DNA of 64,000 nt, taken from an uncultured Bacteroidota bacterium (GTDB lineage Bacteria; Bacteroidota; Bacteroidia; Bacteroidales; VadinHA17). Both the position numbers and the translations under genes were made by a program. This document shows positions 1 through 8,686 of the stretch, one piece after another (within the stretch, counting starts at the first letter, position 1; each line of letters begins with the position of its first letter). Below the pieces are notes generated by a model. The model was given only the letters and a program-made list of their open reading frames with translations. It had not been told where the DNA came from and made no database searches. The stretch lies in contig CAIMVD010000101.1 in the NCBI GenBank assembly GCA_903844815.1, positions 4,220-68,219 of the forward strand, read 5' to 3'.

Positions 1-1
1 A

Positions 2-2086
2 AATATCACAGTAGCCGAAACCGCTTTAAACAACCCTGTCTCCTTCTCTATCCTGAAAAGCAACGATGTCTCGGATGAAATAACTGAAATCAGTCCCGAT
101 ATCGCAGTCTGCAACGATTGTCTTGCTGATATCGCAATTGAGGGTAACCGAAGTGATTATGCTTTTGTCAATTGCACCAACTGCGGACCCCGTTTCACAA
201 TAATCGAGGACCTCCCCTACGACCGGGCAAAAACAACCATGAAGTCGTTTCCAATGTGCCCAAAATGTGAAAATGAATATAAAACAGTTACCGACAGACG
301 GTTTCATGCCCAGCCTGTAGCCTGCAACGATTGCGGACCAAATTATCAGCTATTTGTAAATGGTTTACATGCTCCTTCGGATATAAAAACCATTCTCACC
401 AAAACCTCCGGCTACATAAAGGAAGGAGGAGTTGTTCTCATAAAAGGTTTAGGTGGTATGCACCTTGCCTGTGATGCGTGTAATGAAAAGGCTGTTGCGA
501 GGCTCAGGGAGATTAAGAAACGCGACGGCAAGCCTTTTGCAGTCATGTTCCGGAATATGGCTTCACTGAATCAATATGCTGAAGTTGATACTTTTGAAGA
601 AGAATCTTTGACTTCATGGAAGAGGCCAATAGTATTGCTTGAAAAGAAGAAGAATCCACTCTCTAATGCCCTGCCCGATAGTCTTACTTCAGGATTGAAC
701 CTTATTGGCGCAATGCTGCCCTATATGCCGTTTCATTATATGCTATTTGAAAGGCTTCAAACAAATGTGATTGTTCTCACCAGCGGCAACTTCAGCAACG
801 AACCTATTATTACTTCTGATGAGGCTGCCTTAAGTAAGTTTTCGGATTTTACTGACGCTATTATTCTGCATAACCGTATCATTTTCAATCGTACCGACGA
901 TTCGGTGGTAAGGATAATAGACAACCTTGAAAGGGTTTTCAGACGTTCGCGCGGATTTGTCCCCTCTCCTGTAAGAACTTCTCTGAATACCGAAGGCATA
1001 GTTGCTTTCGGAGCGGAGCTGACAAATTGTTTTTGCGTTGGCCGCGGCAACAAAGCCTTTATGAGCCAACATATTGGCGACCTGCAGGGTATTGAAACAA
1101 CAAATTTTTATGAAGAAACCATTAATAAATTTATTAAGCTCTTCCGTATAAAACCCGCTTTGGCAGCCGTCGACATGCACCCCGATTATATTTCTACAAG
1201 GCTGGGAACTGACTGGGATTCCCTTCCTGTCGTTAAAGTTCAGCATCACCACGCCCATATAGCCTCATGCATGACAGAACACAGGATCGATGAGAAAGTA
1301 ATCGGCGTGGTGTTCGATGGTACCGGTTACGGGACAGATGGAAATATATGGGGCAGTGAATTCATGATTTGCGACCTGAATGACTTTGAAAGAGTTACAC
1401 ATTTCGAATACATCGGGTTACCCGGTGGCGACAGCGCAGCAGAGGAACCATGGCGTATTGCCGTCGCGTGGCTTTATAAGGTTTTCGGTCGGACATTTCT
1501 GGATCTCAATTTACCCGTGGTGAAGAATATCGATCCCGATAAAATTGAAACGATCTTATTAATGATTGATAAAAACATAAACTGTCCCCTGTCATCAGGA
1601 GCCGGAAGGTTATTCGATGCAGTTGCATCGCTCACCGGCCTGGTGCAGGTTGCATCATTTCAGGCCGAGGGTCCCATGCGGCTTGAGGCGCTTGTAAACA
1701 GTAATATTGCAGGAAGCTATCCATTTTCCTCAGGCACAACAATACGGCTCGACGAAACCATTCGTGCCATCGTCGATGATGTCCTCAATGATTCGGAAAA
1801 CATGACAATTGCAACTAAACTGCATAACACCATAATTAATATTATTTTTGATACCGTTAATGCAATCCGTACAAGGGAAGGCATTAACAAGGCAGTTCTC
1901 TCGGGCGGGGTATTTCAGAATAAATATCTTCTTAATGGGGTAACAGAACTGCTTCAAAAGAATAGTTTTGAAGTTTATTCACATGCGACAATTCCAACAA
2001 ATGACGGGGGCATCGCTCTCGGGCAACTGGCTGTCGCCTCAAAACGGAGGGAAATAAAATGTGCCTTGCCATTCCTGCAAAAGTGA
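2..2086 (+). CDS. hypF: Carbamoyltransferase HypF (5' end outside the window)
   Basis: The frame is open from base 2 (…ISPDIAVCNDC…FVNCTNCGPRFTII…YDR) into the listed ORF. It has zinc fingers CPKC/CNDC, KGLGGMHLACD, QHHHAH, DGTGYG and NDGGIALGQ. Confidence 0.97.
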   Translation, partial: NITVAETALNNPVSFSILKSNDVSDEITEISPDIAVCNDCLADIAIEGNRSDYAFVNCTNCGPRFTIIEDLPYDRAKTTMKSFPMCPKCENEYKTVTDRRFHAQPVACNDCGPNYQLFVNGLHAPSDIKTILTKTSGYIKEGGVVLIKGLGGMHLACDACNEKAVARLREIKKRDGKPFAVMFRNMASLNQYAEVDTFEEESLTSWKRPIVLLEKKKNPLSNALPDSLTSGLNLIGAMLPYMPFHYMLFERLQTNVIVLTSGNFSNEPIITSDEAALSKFSDFTDAIILHNRIIFNRTDDSVVRIIDNLERVFRRSRGFVPSPVRTSLNTEGIVAFGAELTNCFCVGRGNKAFMSQHIGDLQGIETTNFYEETINKFIKLFRIKPALAAVDMHPDYISTRLGTDWDSLPVVKVQHHHAHIASCMTEHRIDEKVIGVVFDGTGYGTDGNIWGSEFMICDLNDFERVTHFEYIGLPGGDSAAEEPWRIAVAWLYKVFGRTFLDLNLPVVKNIDPDKIETILLMIDKNINCPLSSGAGRLFDAVASLTGLVQVASFQAEGPMRLEALVNSNIAGSYPFSSGTTIRLDETIRAIVDDVLNDSENMTIATKLHNTIINIIFDTVNAIRTREGINKAVLSGGVFQNKYLLNGVTELLQKNSFEVYSHATIPTNDGGIALGQLAVASKRREIKCALPFLQK

Positions 2087-2283
2087 TCAGCGTTAACGGA
2101 GCCATCGCTGTGGTATCTATTGAAGATGTTGAGTATAATGCAAGCCTCCTTCTCCTCGACGGTGTAACTCCGGGAGATTTTATCATGCTACATGCTGGGT
2201 TTGCTATTGAAAAAGTCGACCCTGAGGAAGCTGCTGAAACGCTTCGATTGCTTAATGAAATGGATATGAATCGTCCAAGCTGA
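2059..2283 (+). CDS. hypC: Hydrogenase maturation chaperone HypC
   Basis: N-terminal MCLAIPAKV and LHAGFAI motifs; 74 aa; overlaps the hypF end. Confidence 0.97.
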   Translation: MCLAIPAKVISVNGAIAVVSIEDVEYNASLLLLDGVTPGDFIMLHAGFAIEKVDPEEAAETLRLLNEMDMNRPS

Positions 2284-2291
2284 ACTGATGT

Positions 2292-3371
2292 ATGAAATAC
2301 GTTGACGAATACCGGAAAAGGGACCTGATCCTTGCAGTGGCTGAAAAGCTTAAATCGATATCCCGAAAGGAGATTGTACTGATGGAAGTTTGCGGTGGTC
2401 ATACAATGGCCATACACCGTTTCGGACTTAACTCGCTTCTTCCTGCAACAATAAAGCTTGTTTCAGGGCCGGGCTGTCCGGTATGCGTTTCAAGCCAGCA
2501 GTTCCTCGACAAGGCAATTGCCTACAGCCGGATAAAGGACGTAATTATAACAACATATGGTGATCTTATAAGGGTACCCGGATCTGCTACCTCACTCGAA
2601 AAAGAGAGGGCGGCGGGAAGTGATGTCCGGATTATTTATTCTGTTCTTGAAGCAGTCGATATTGCCAGGGAAAACCCCGGCAAACAGGTAATATTTCCCG
2701 GAATAGGCTTTGAGACCACTGCCCCTGCCACAGCAGCGGCAATAATCAAGGCCAGGAACGAAAATGTTTCCAACTTCTTTGTTCTCAGTGCACATAAAGT
2801 AATGCCCCCTGTTATGAAAGCCCTGGTTGAAGAAGGAGTAAAGATCGATGGTTTTATTGCTCCTGGCCACGTAACAGCTATCACCGGTACTTCGATCTAT
2901 AACGAACTTGCGGAAAAGTATGGTCTTGGTGTTGTCGTATCGGGATTTGAGCCTGCCGATATGATGCAGGCGGTACTTATGCTTGTGACTCAGATAGAAA
3001 CAGGAGCGCCAAAGGTTGAAGTGCAATATAGCAGAGTTGTAAACCTGAACGGAAACCCCGTTGCCCGTAAATTGCTTGAAGAGGTTTTTGAACCTGGCGA
3101 CGACAGGTGGAGGGGGCTTGGTATCATTCCTGACAGCGGACTGAAGATCCGTGATGTTTTTTCAAAATTTGATGCAGAGAAACAGATTGAAGTTGAAGTT
3201 CCCGAGTCGACCGAGCCCAGGGGGTGTATCTGCGGTCAGATTCTCAGGGGACTTAAGACACCAGCAGATTGCGGTCTTTTTGCCAAAAAATGTACTCCTT
3301 CTGATCCTGTTGGTGCATGCATGGTTTCAGGCGAAGGTACCTGCGCTACATTTTACAAATACCGGTCATAA
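2292..3371 (+). CDS. hypD: Hydrogenase formation protein HypD
   Basis: MEVCGGHT, GPGCPVC, GFETTAP, PGHV and C-terminal CICG…C…C…GACMVSGEGTC motifs. Confidence 0.98.
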   Translation: MKYVDEYRKRDLILAVAEKLKSISRKEIVLMEVCGGHTMAIHRFGLNSLLPATIKLVSGPGCPVCVSSQQFLDKAIAYSRIKDVIITTYGDLIRVPGSATSLEKERAAGSDVRIIYSVLEAVDIARENPGKQVIFPGIGFETTAPATAAAIIKARNENVSNFFVLSAHKVMPPVMKALVEEGVKIDGFIAPGHVTAITGTSIYNELAEKYGLGVVVSGFEPADMMQAVLMLVTQIETGAPKVEVQYSRVVNLNGNPVARKLLEEVFEPGDDRWRGLGIIPDSGLKIRDVFSKFDAEKQIEVEVPESTEPRGCICGQILRGLKTPADCGLFAKKCTPSDPVGACMVSGEGTCATFYKYRS

Positions 3372-4387
3372 TGGAAAAAGAAAACAGGATCTTGCTTGGT
3401 CATGGCAGCGGCGGAAAACTTATGCATGAACTCATCGAAAATGTATTCGTACGCTTATTCAGTAACAGCATTTTAGATGCCCAGACCGATTCTGCAATCT
3501 TGCACACCGGATCTTCTGACATCGCCTTTACAACAGATTCTTTCGTAATAGATCCTCTTTTCTTCCCGGGGGGTAACATTGGCAAACTGGCTGTTTGCGG
3601 CACTGTTAACGACCTCGCCGTTTCAGGAGCAGAACCGCTTTTTCTTAGCGTTTCATTCATCATTGAGGAAGGTTTCCCAATTGATGAACTGGAAATAATT
3701 GCCGAATCCCTGGCAGCAGAAGCAAAAAATGCGGGAGTGACGATTGTTACCGGCGATACTAAGGTTGTCAATAAAGGTAAATGCGATAAACTCTTCATAA
3801 ACACCTCAGGGATAGGACGTATAACAAGCGATAAACTGAAGATTGGCAGTGCTGACGGTATCATTCCCGGTGACGTGATAATAATAAACGGGACCATCGG
3901 CGATCATGGAATGGCTGTATTTAATTCCCGGGAATCATTTAATTTCAAAATACCCGTAGAATCTGATTGTGCCTCCTTAAATCATCTCATAAGGGAGGTT
4001 ACTGAAAAATTTCCTGTTAAATTCATGCGTGATCCTACCAGGGGAGGTGTTGCTACCGTTCTGAACGAACTTGCCGTTAAAGCCGGTTTGGGTATTGCAA
4101 TTGAGGAATCATCTCTTCCCGTCAGGAAAGGGGTTAAGGCAATGTGTGAAATACTCGGGTTCGATCCGCTTCATGTTGCAAATGAGGGTAAGGTGATAAT
4201 GGTTGCAGCCAAGGAAAATGCAACAGCCATACTTGAAATTTTAAGAAACAACGACAAGGGCAGCGAAAGCTCAATTATCGGATATATCACTTCAGATCAT
4301 CCCCGCAGGGTGGTCCTCAGAAATGAGACCGGAGGCAGCAGGATAATCGATACTTTATCGGGCGACCAGTTGCCCAGAATCTGTTAA
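3371..4387 (+). CDS. hypE: Carbamoyl dehydratase HypE
   Basis: Start moved to the ATG at 3371 (TAATG overlap with the hypD stop). Motifs GHGSGG, TTDSFV, GTVNDLA, RDPTRGG and QLPRIC C-terminus. Confidence 0.97.
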   Translation: MEKENRILLGHGSGGKLMHELIENVFVRLFSNSILDAQTDSAILHTGSSDIAFTTDSFVIDPLFFPGGNIGKLAVCGTVNDLAVSGAEPLFLSVSFIIEEGFPIDELEIIAESLAAEAKNAGVTIVTGDTKVVNKGKCDKLFINTSGIGRITSDKLKIGSADGIIPGDVIIINGTIGDHGMAVFNSRESFNFKIPVESDCASLNHLIREVTEKFPVKFMRDPTRGGVATVLNELAVKAGLGIAIEESSLPVRKGVKAMCEILGFDPLHVANEGKVIMVAAKENATAILEILRNNDKGSESSIIGYITSDHPRRVVLRNETGGSRIIDTLSGDQLPRIC

Positions 4388-4397
4388 CATTACTTAT

Positions 4398-4739
4398 ATG
4401 CATGAGTTTTCATTAGCCACAGAAGTTATTAATCTTGTTCAGCGCGAGGCTCAAAAAAGAAACGCACCGGTTGTTAATGAAATAACAATCGAGGTGGGAA
4501 GTCTGAGCGGTGTTGAAGCCGGGGCTTTTGAATCGGCTTTAAAACTTCTTTCTGAAGGCTCAATTATTGAAAATGCAGGTCTCAATATTCTCAGAATAAA
4601 TGGCATAGGTGTATGCAAGACCTGCTCCATCGAATTTGAGATGATGCAAAGAATGGAATCATGCCCTGTTTGTCATGCGTTTCCATCAGAGATAAATGGA
4701 GGTAATGAATTCAGGGTCATATCGATGACCATAGAATAG
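4398..4739 (+). CDS. hypA: Nickel metallochaperone HypA
   Basis: MHE N-terminus and two CxxC motifs (CKTC, CPVC). Confidence 0.96.
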   Translation: MHEFSLATEVINLVQREAQKRNAPVVNEITIEVGSLSGVEAGAFESALKLLSEGSIIENAGLNILRINGIGVCKTCSIEFEMMQRMESCPVCHAFPSEINGGNEFRVISMTIE

Positions 4740-4766
4740 TAATTAAGTTTAAATAAATATTAAAAT

Positions 4767-5672
4767 ATGTGCGATACATGCGGATGCGAAGGCACTGACG
4801 GGGTGAAAATTCACGAACCGGGACATACACACAGTCATGATCATGGCCATGGCCACAGTCACAGTCATCATCATCACGATCACGATCACGATCACAATCA
4901 CGATCATGAGCATGAACACGATCACGAACATGAGCATGAGCATGAACATGAGCATGATAACATGCAACCGCATACTCATTCGCATGATGAAACAGGAGAT
5001 CATTCCCACAGTCATACTGATCAGAAGGTCATAAGCCTCAATATGAATATTTTGTCGCAAAACAATATCACTGCTCAAATGAACCGTCGTTTTTTTGAGG
5101 GGAGAAAAGTTCTGTGTCTGAATATGGTTAGTTCACCCGGATCAGGAAAAACAACAATTCTCGAGAAAACAATAACAAATCTGAAGTCTGCCAGAAAAAT
5201 ATTTGTAATTGAAGGCGATCAGCAGACCCTTTTGGATGCCGATCGCATTGAAAAAGCCGGGGCCCCTGCCCTGCAGATAAACACAGGCTCGGGTTGTCAT
5301 CTCGATGCCTCGATGATTGATTTAGCCCTTAAGAAATTTGACATAGATTCAAATTCAATCCTTTTTATCGAGAATGTAGGGAACCTCGTGTGCCCGGCCA
5401 TGTTCGACCTGGGAGAATTCAAGAGAGTTGTAGTAATAAGCGTTACTGAAGGTGATGATAAACCTCTGAAATATCCATATATGTTCCAGACGTCGCACCT
5501 CTGCATAATTAACAAATCAGACCTCCTGCCTTACGTAGATTTCAGGGTTGATGAGACCATTAAACATGCCAGAACAATAAACCCGGATCTTGAGTTCATT
5601 TCGGTATCAGCAAGGACAGGCGAAGGAATGGACAGATGGTATGAGTGGGTGTTGAAACAGAATAGCAGGTGA
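4767..5672 (+). CDS. hypB: Nickel-insertion GTPase HypB with a long His-rich linker
   Basis: N-terminal CDTCGC, about 31 His in the linker, SSPGSGKT P-loop, GCHLDA, ENVGNLVCPA and NKSD. Confidence 0.98.
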   Translation: MCDTCGCEGTDGVKIHEPGHTHSHDHGHGHSHSHHHHDHDHDHNHDHEHEHDHEHEHEHEHEHDNMQPHTHSHDETGDHSHSHTDQKVISLNMNILSQNNITAQMNRRFFEGRKVLCLNMVSSPGSGKTTILEKTITNLKSARKIFVIEGDQQTLLDADRIEKAGAPALQINTGSGCHLDASMIDLALKKFDIDSNSILFIENVGNLVCPAMFDLGEFKRVVVISVTEGDDKPLKYPYMFQTSHLCIINKSDLLPYVDFRVDETIKHARTINPDLEFISVSARTGEGMDRWYEWVLKQNSR

Positions 5673-5684
5673 TGATTAACGGCG

Positions 5685-5746
5685 ACAGGCTTCAGGCTTC
5701 AGGAAAAATACCCTGCAGCCTGAAGCCCGAAGCCTGTAGCCCCTAG
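5685..5746. terminator. Bidirectional hairpin between convergent hypB and hyaD, built from AGGCT(T/A/G)C heptamers
   Basis: caggcttcaggcttcagg (5686-5703) pairs 17/18 with cctgaagcccgaagcctg (5719-5736). The last heptamer contains the hyaD stop. Confidence 0.7.
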
Positions 5747-6216
5747 TTATTACTGAGCTCTGAAACCAGATTCTTTACATTTTCAACCGCAAACGGTATC
5801 GCAGCTTCGACCTCCGGTGTTAGTTCCATTCCCAACTCCTGAAAGTCTTTCACTGAAACTGCGACTAGGTGTAGATCTGGCATATTTCCGAGAAGGAAGG
5901 CGGCATCAAGAAGATCTCTCAGGCCAATCTCATGAGCGCTGAGCTGATGAGGAAAATCTTTTGCATACCTGGGATGAAGAATCCTTACATTACCGGTGGG
6001 ATACTGGTCAAGCGATGCGTCAATTATAATTACGTGAGTATAAGACTGTATGAAACCGAGCAGGTGGAATCCGCCGGTGCCGCCATCCATTAGGTCAGCA
6101 CCGGCAAAATTCTCCTCTTCAAGCTTTTTAACGACGTGAATACCAACACCTTCGTCGTTTAACAGAATATTTCCAATCCCCAATACAAGGATATTATTTT
6201 TTAAATCTTCGATAAT
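5743..6216 (-). CDS. hyaD: Hydrogenase maturation endopeptidase (HyaD/HybD family); start codon uncertain
   Basis: ILVLGIGNILLNDEGVG, DGGT and SAHEIGL motifs. The frame stays open upstream of the listed TTG (6183) to about 6225 with no ATG, only ATT at 6216 and ATC at 6213. Confidence 0.9.
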   Translation of the reverse strand: MIEDLKNNILVLGIGNILLNDEGVGIHVVKKLEEENFAGADLMDGGTGGFHLLGFIQSYTHVIIIDASLDQYPTGNVRILHPRYAKDFPHQLSAHEIGLRDLLDAAFLLGNMPDLHLVAVSVKDFQELGMELTPEVEAAIPFAVENVKNLVSELSNN

Positions 6217-6251
6217 GAATTCAGTTTACAGTTTAATACCCTTGTTCAGAT

Positions 6252-6956
6252 TTACTTAGCACTTTGATTGTTACGATCAATGACATCTTCCTCAATGAAT
6301 TTCCACCCGCCGATCATTGATGAGGTAACTCCCCTGCGTTCAATATAGTCATGATAAAAAACAAGGTATACATGCACTATTGAAAACAGGATAAAGCCCC
6401 ACATCAGAATATGATGAAGCTGCCTGGTATGGATATCGCCACCGAGAAAGGGGACTATCCATGCAAACAGTTTAGGCAGGAAAGCATTGCTCATGGCGGC
6501 ATACATGCCAAAACCCGTAAGACTTTGCAGCAGGAAGATCAGGAATGTTACAAAATAGATAAAACTTGCCAATGCATTGTGTCCAATCGAATCGATAGGT
6601 TTTTTTGCAGTCTGAAGAACATCTACCTTAATGACATCAATCATTTCCTGCCATTGTTTTCTTTTAAGCGGAATGAAGTTATACCAGCGCGAGAATTCGT
6701 TTCCCGCAAATCCCCAGTATATCCGGAAAAGAAAGTTGAAAAAGAAAACAAAAGCTGAGACAAAATGGATGAAGCGCACTGTTCCAAACCAGTAGTTATG
6801 GTAAGCTTCAGTGCCTGTTGTTATTGCCAATGGCGCGCCGATCAGATATCCTGTAATGCACAGTACAACAATACAAAGTGCATTTATCCAGTGGTAAAGG
6901 CGGACAGGCAATTCCCAAACATGCACTTCGCGCATCGGGATTGATCTGCTTCTCAT
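6252..6956 (-). CDS. hyaC: Ni/Fe-hydrogenase b-type cytochrome subunit
   Basis: WELPVRLYHW, RFIHF, GHNALA and LHH heme-ligand motifs; four hydrophobic helices. Confidence 0.96.
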   Translation of the reverse strand: MRSRSIPMREVHVWELPVRLYHWINALCIVVLCITGYLIGAPLAITTGTEAYHNYWFGTVRFIHFVSAFVFFFNFLFRIYWGFAGNEFSRWYNFIPLKRKQWQEMIDVIKVDVLQTAKKPIDSIGHNALASFIYFVTFLIFLLQSLTGFGMYAAMSNAFLPKLFAWIVPFLGGDIHTRQLHHILMWGFILFSIVHVYLVFYHDYIERRGVTSSMIGGWKFIEEDVIDRNNQSAK

Positions 6957-6959
6957 GGC

Positions 6960-8681
6960 TTAATATGTTTTAAGGTCATGAATGTGACTTCCGTTTTCGT
7001 CGTAAACATGCACTGCACAGGCAAGGCATGGATCGAATGAGTGTATCGTCCGGATAACTTCCAGAGGTAGTTTCGGATCAGCTACAGGAGTGCCAATAAG
7101 TGATTCCTCAAAAGCTGAACGTTTTCCTTCAGGGTCGCGCGGAGAGGCATTCCAGGTAGTTGGAACAACCAATTGATAGTTTGCAATTTTTTTGTCTTCT
7201 ATTTTAATAAAATGTGAGAGAGCACCACGAGGAGCTTCAACCAAACCTATACCTTTAGCAGATGCTGGCCATGTTTCCGGTCCCCACTTGTCATTGTTCT
7301 GGGTACGGGTGTCACCATTTTTTATATTTGCAAGAAGCTGCTGATAGAATTCAAGAGCCCAATCGCAACACAACTTAGTCTCAAGTCCTCTGGCTGCCGT
7401 TCTTCCAAGAGTTGAGAAAAGAGCTGCAACTGGAACGTCAAGTGCTTTAAGAGCACCTTCTATAACCTCCTTATATTCAGGCTTTCCGGAAGCATAACCT
7501 ACTAACATCCTCGATAATGGACCAACTTCCATTGCATTGCCTTTCCACCTTGGGGTCTTTACCCAGCTGTATTTCTGGGATACGTCAAGCATATCATAAG
7601 GTGGTTTTGGTCCTGTATATTTCAGGTTAGTCTCACCATCCCATGGATGAAGCCCGGCTTTGTCACCCTTGGAATACTCATACCATGAATTATTAATATA
7701 CTCCTGGATCTGTGAAGGATCATCTGCATGTATTTCATGAATAGTACTCAGGTCGCGGTTCAGAATTGCACCCCTTGGCATCTTGAAACTATCGGGATTA
7801 TTGTAGCCATTGGTTGGGAAATCACCAAATGACATATAATTACTTAATCCCCCTCCTATTGCGCCCCAGTCACTTTTATAAAATGAAGCCACAGCCAGAA
7901 GATCAGGAATATAAACCTGGTTAACAAATGTCTTGGCATCTTCAAACAGTTTTCCAACCATTGCAAGCCTCTCTGCATTCACTGCATTAGCCTCTTCAAT
8001 GTTGATTGAACATGGAACACCTCCGACAAGGTAATTAGGATGAGGGTTCTTTCCTCCAAAAATAGTATGGACCTTTACAATTTCCTTCTGCCACTCGAGA
8101 GCCTCAAGATAATGGGCAACGGCAATCAGGTTAACTGCAGGAGGAAGCTTATAGGCAGGATGCCCCCAATATCCGTTAGCGAATATACCAAGCTGGCCGC
8201 TGTCGACAAAATTCTTGAAACGCTTCTGTACATCCGTAAAATAGCCAACCGAACTTTTCGGCCAGGGAGAGATACTCTGGGCAATTGCTGAAGCATCAGC
8301 AGGATTTGCCTTTAGAGCCGACACCACATCTACCCAGTCGAGGGCATGAAGAACATAGAAATGAACAACATGGTCCTGAATATATAAGGCATTGGCCATC
8401 AGGTTACGGATTAGTTCCGCATTTGGCGGTGCCGAAATTCCGAGAGCATTTTCGACCGCGCGTACCGATGTCAGCGAATGAGTGGATGTACAGACACCAC
8501 AAACACGTCCAACAAAAGCCCATGCGTCGCGAGGATCGCGTCCTTTGAGTATTGTTTCAATGCCGCGTACCATGGTTCCCGAACTGTATGCATCGGTTAT
8601 TTTACCGTCATTAACTTCAATTTCAACCCTGAGGTGGCCCTCGATTCGGGTTATGGGATCAATAACTATTCTTTCAGCCAT
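6960..8681 (-). CDS. hyaB: [NiFe]-hydrogenase large subunit (group 1d-like)
   Basis: DPITRIEGH, L1 GRVCGVC, KNPHP, EAPRG, and L2 SFDPCLACAVH followed by a cleavable C-terminal extension. Confidence 0.98.
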   Translation of the reverse strand: MAERIVIDPITRIEGHLRVEIEVNDGKITDAYSSGTMVRGIETILKGRDPRDAWAFVGRVCGVCTSTHSLTSVRAVENALGISAPPNAELIRNLMANALYIQDHVVHFYVLHALDWVDVVSALKANPADASAIAQSISPWPKSSVGYFTDVQKRFKNFVDSGQLGIFANGYWGHPAYKLPPAVNLIAVAHYLEALEWQKEIVKVHTIFGGKNPHPNYLVGGVPCSINIEEANAVNAERLAMVGKLFEDAKTFVNQVYIPDLLAVASFYKSDWGAIGGGLSNYMSFGDFPTNGYNNPDSFKMPRGAILNRDLSTIHEIHADDPSQIQEYINNSWYEYSKGDKAGLHPWDGETNLKYTGPKPPYDMLDVSQKYSWVKTPRWKGNAMEVGPLSRMLVGYASGKPEYKEVIEGALKALDVPVAALFSTLGRTAARGLETKLCCDWALEFYQQLLANIKNGDTRTQNNDKWGPETWPASAKGIGLVEAPRGALSHFIKIEDKKIANYQLVVPTTWNASPRDPEGKRSAFEESLIGTPVADPKLPLEVIRTIHSFDPCLACAVHVYDENGSHIHDLKTY

Positions 8682-8686
8682 GGCAA

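Noticed and set aside
3317-3370. N-terminal extension of HypE given in the ORF track
   Set aside because: It overlaps the hypD 3' end; the ATG at 3371 gives the normal HypE N-terminus with TAATG coupling.
4749-5078. Met/Ile/Val-rich antisense ORF and alternative-frame ORF over hypB
   Set aside because: Shadow translations of the His-codon repeat.
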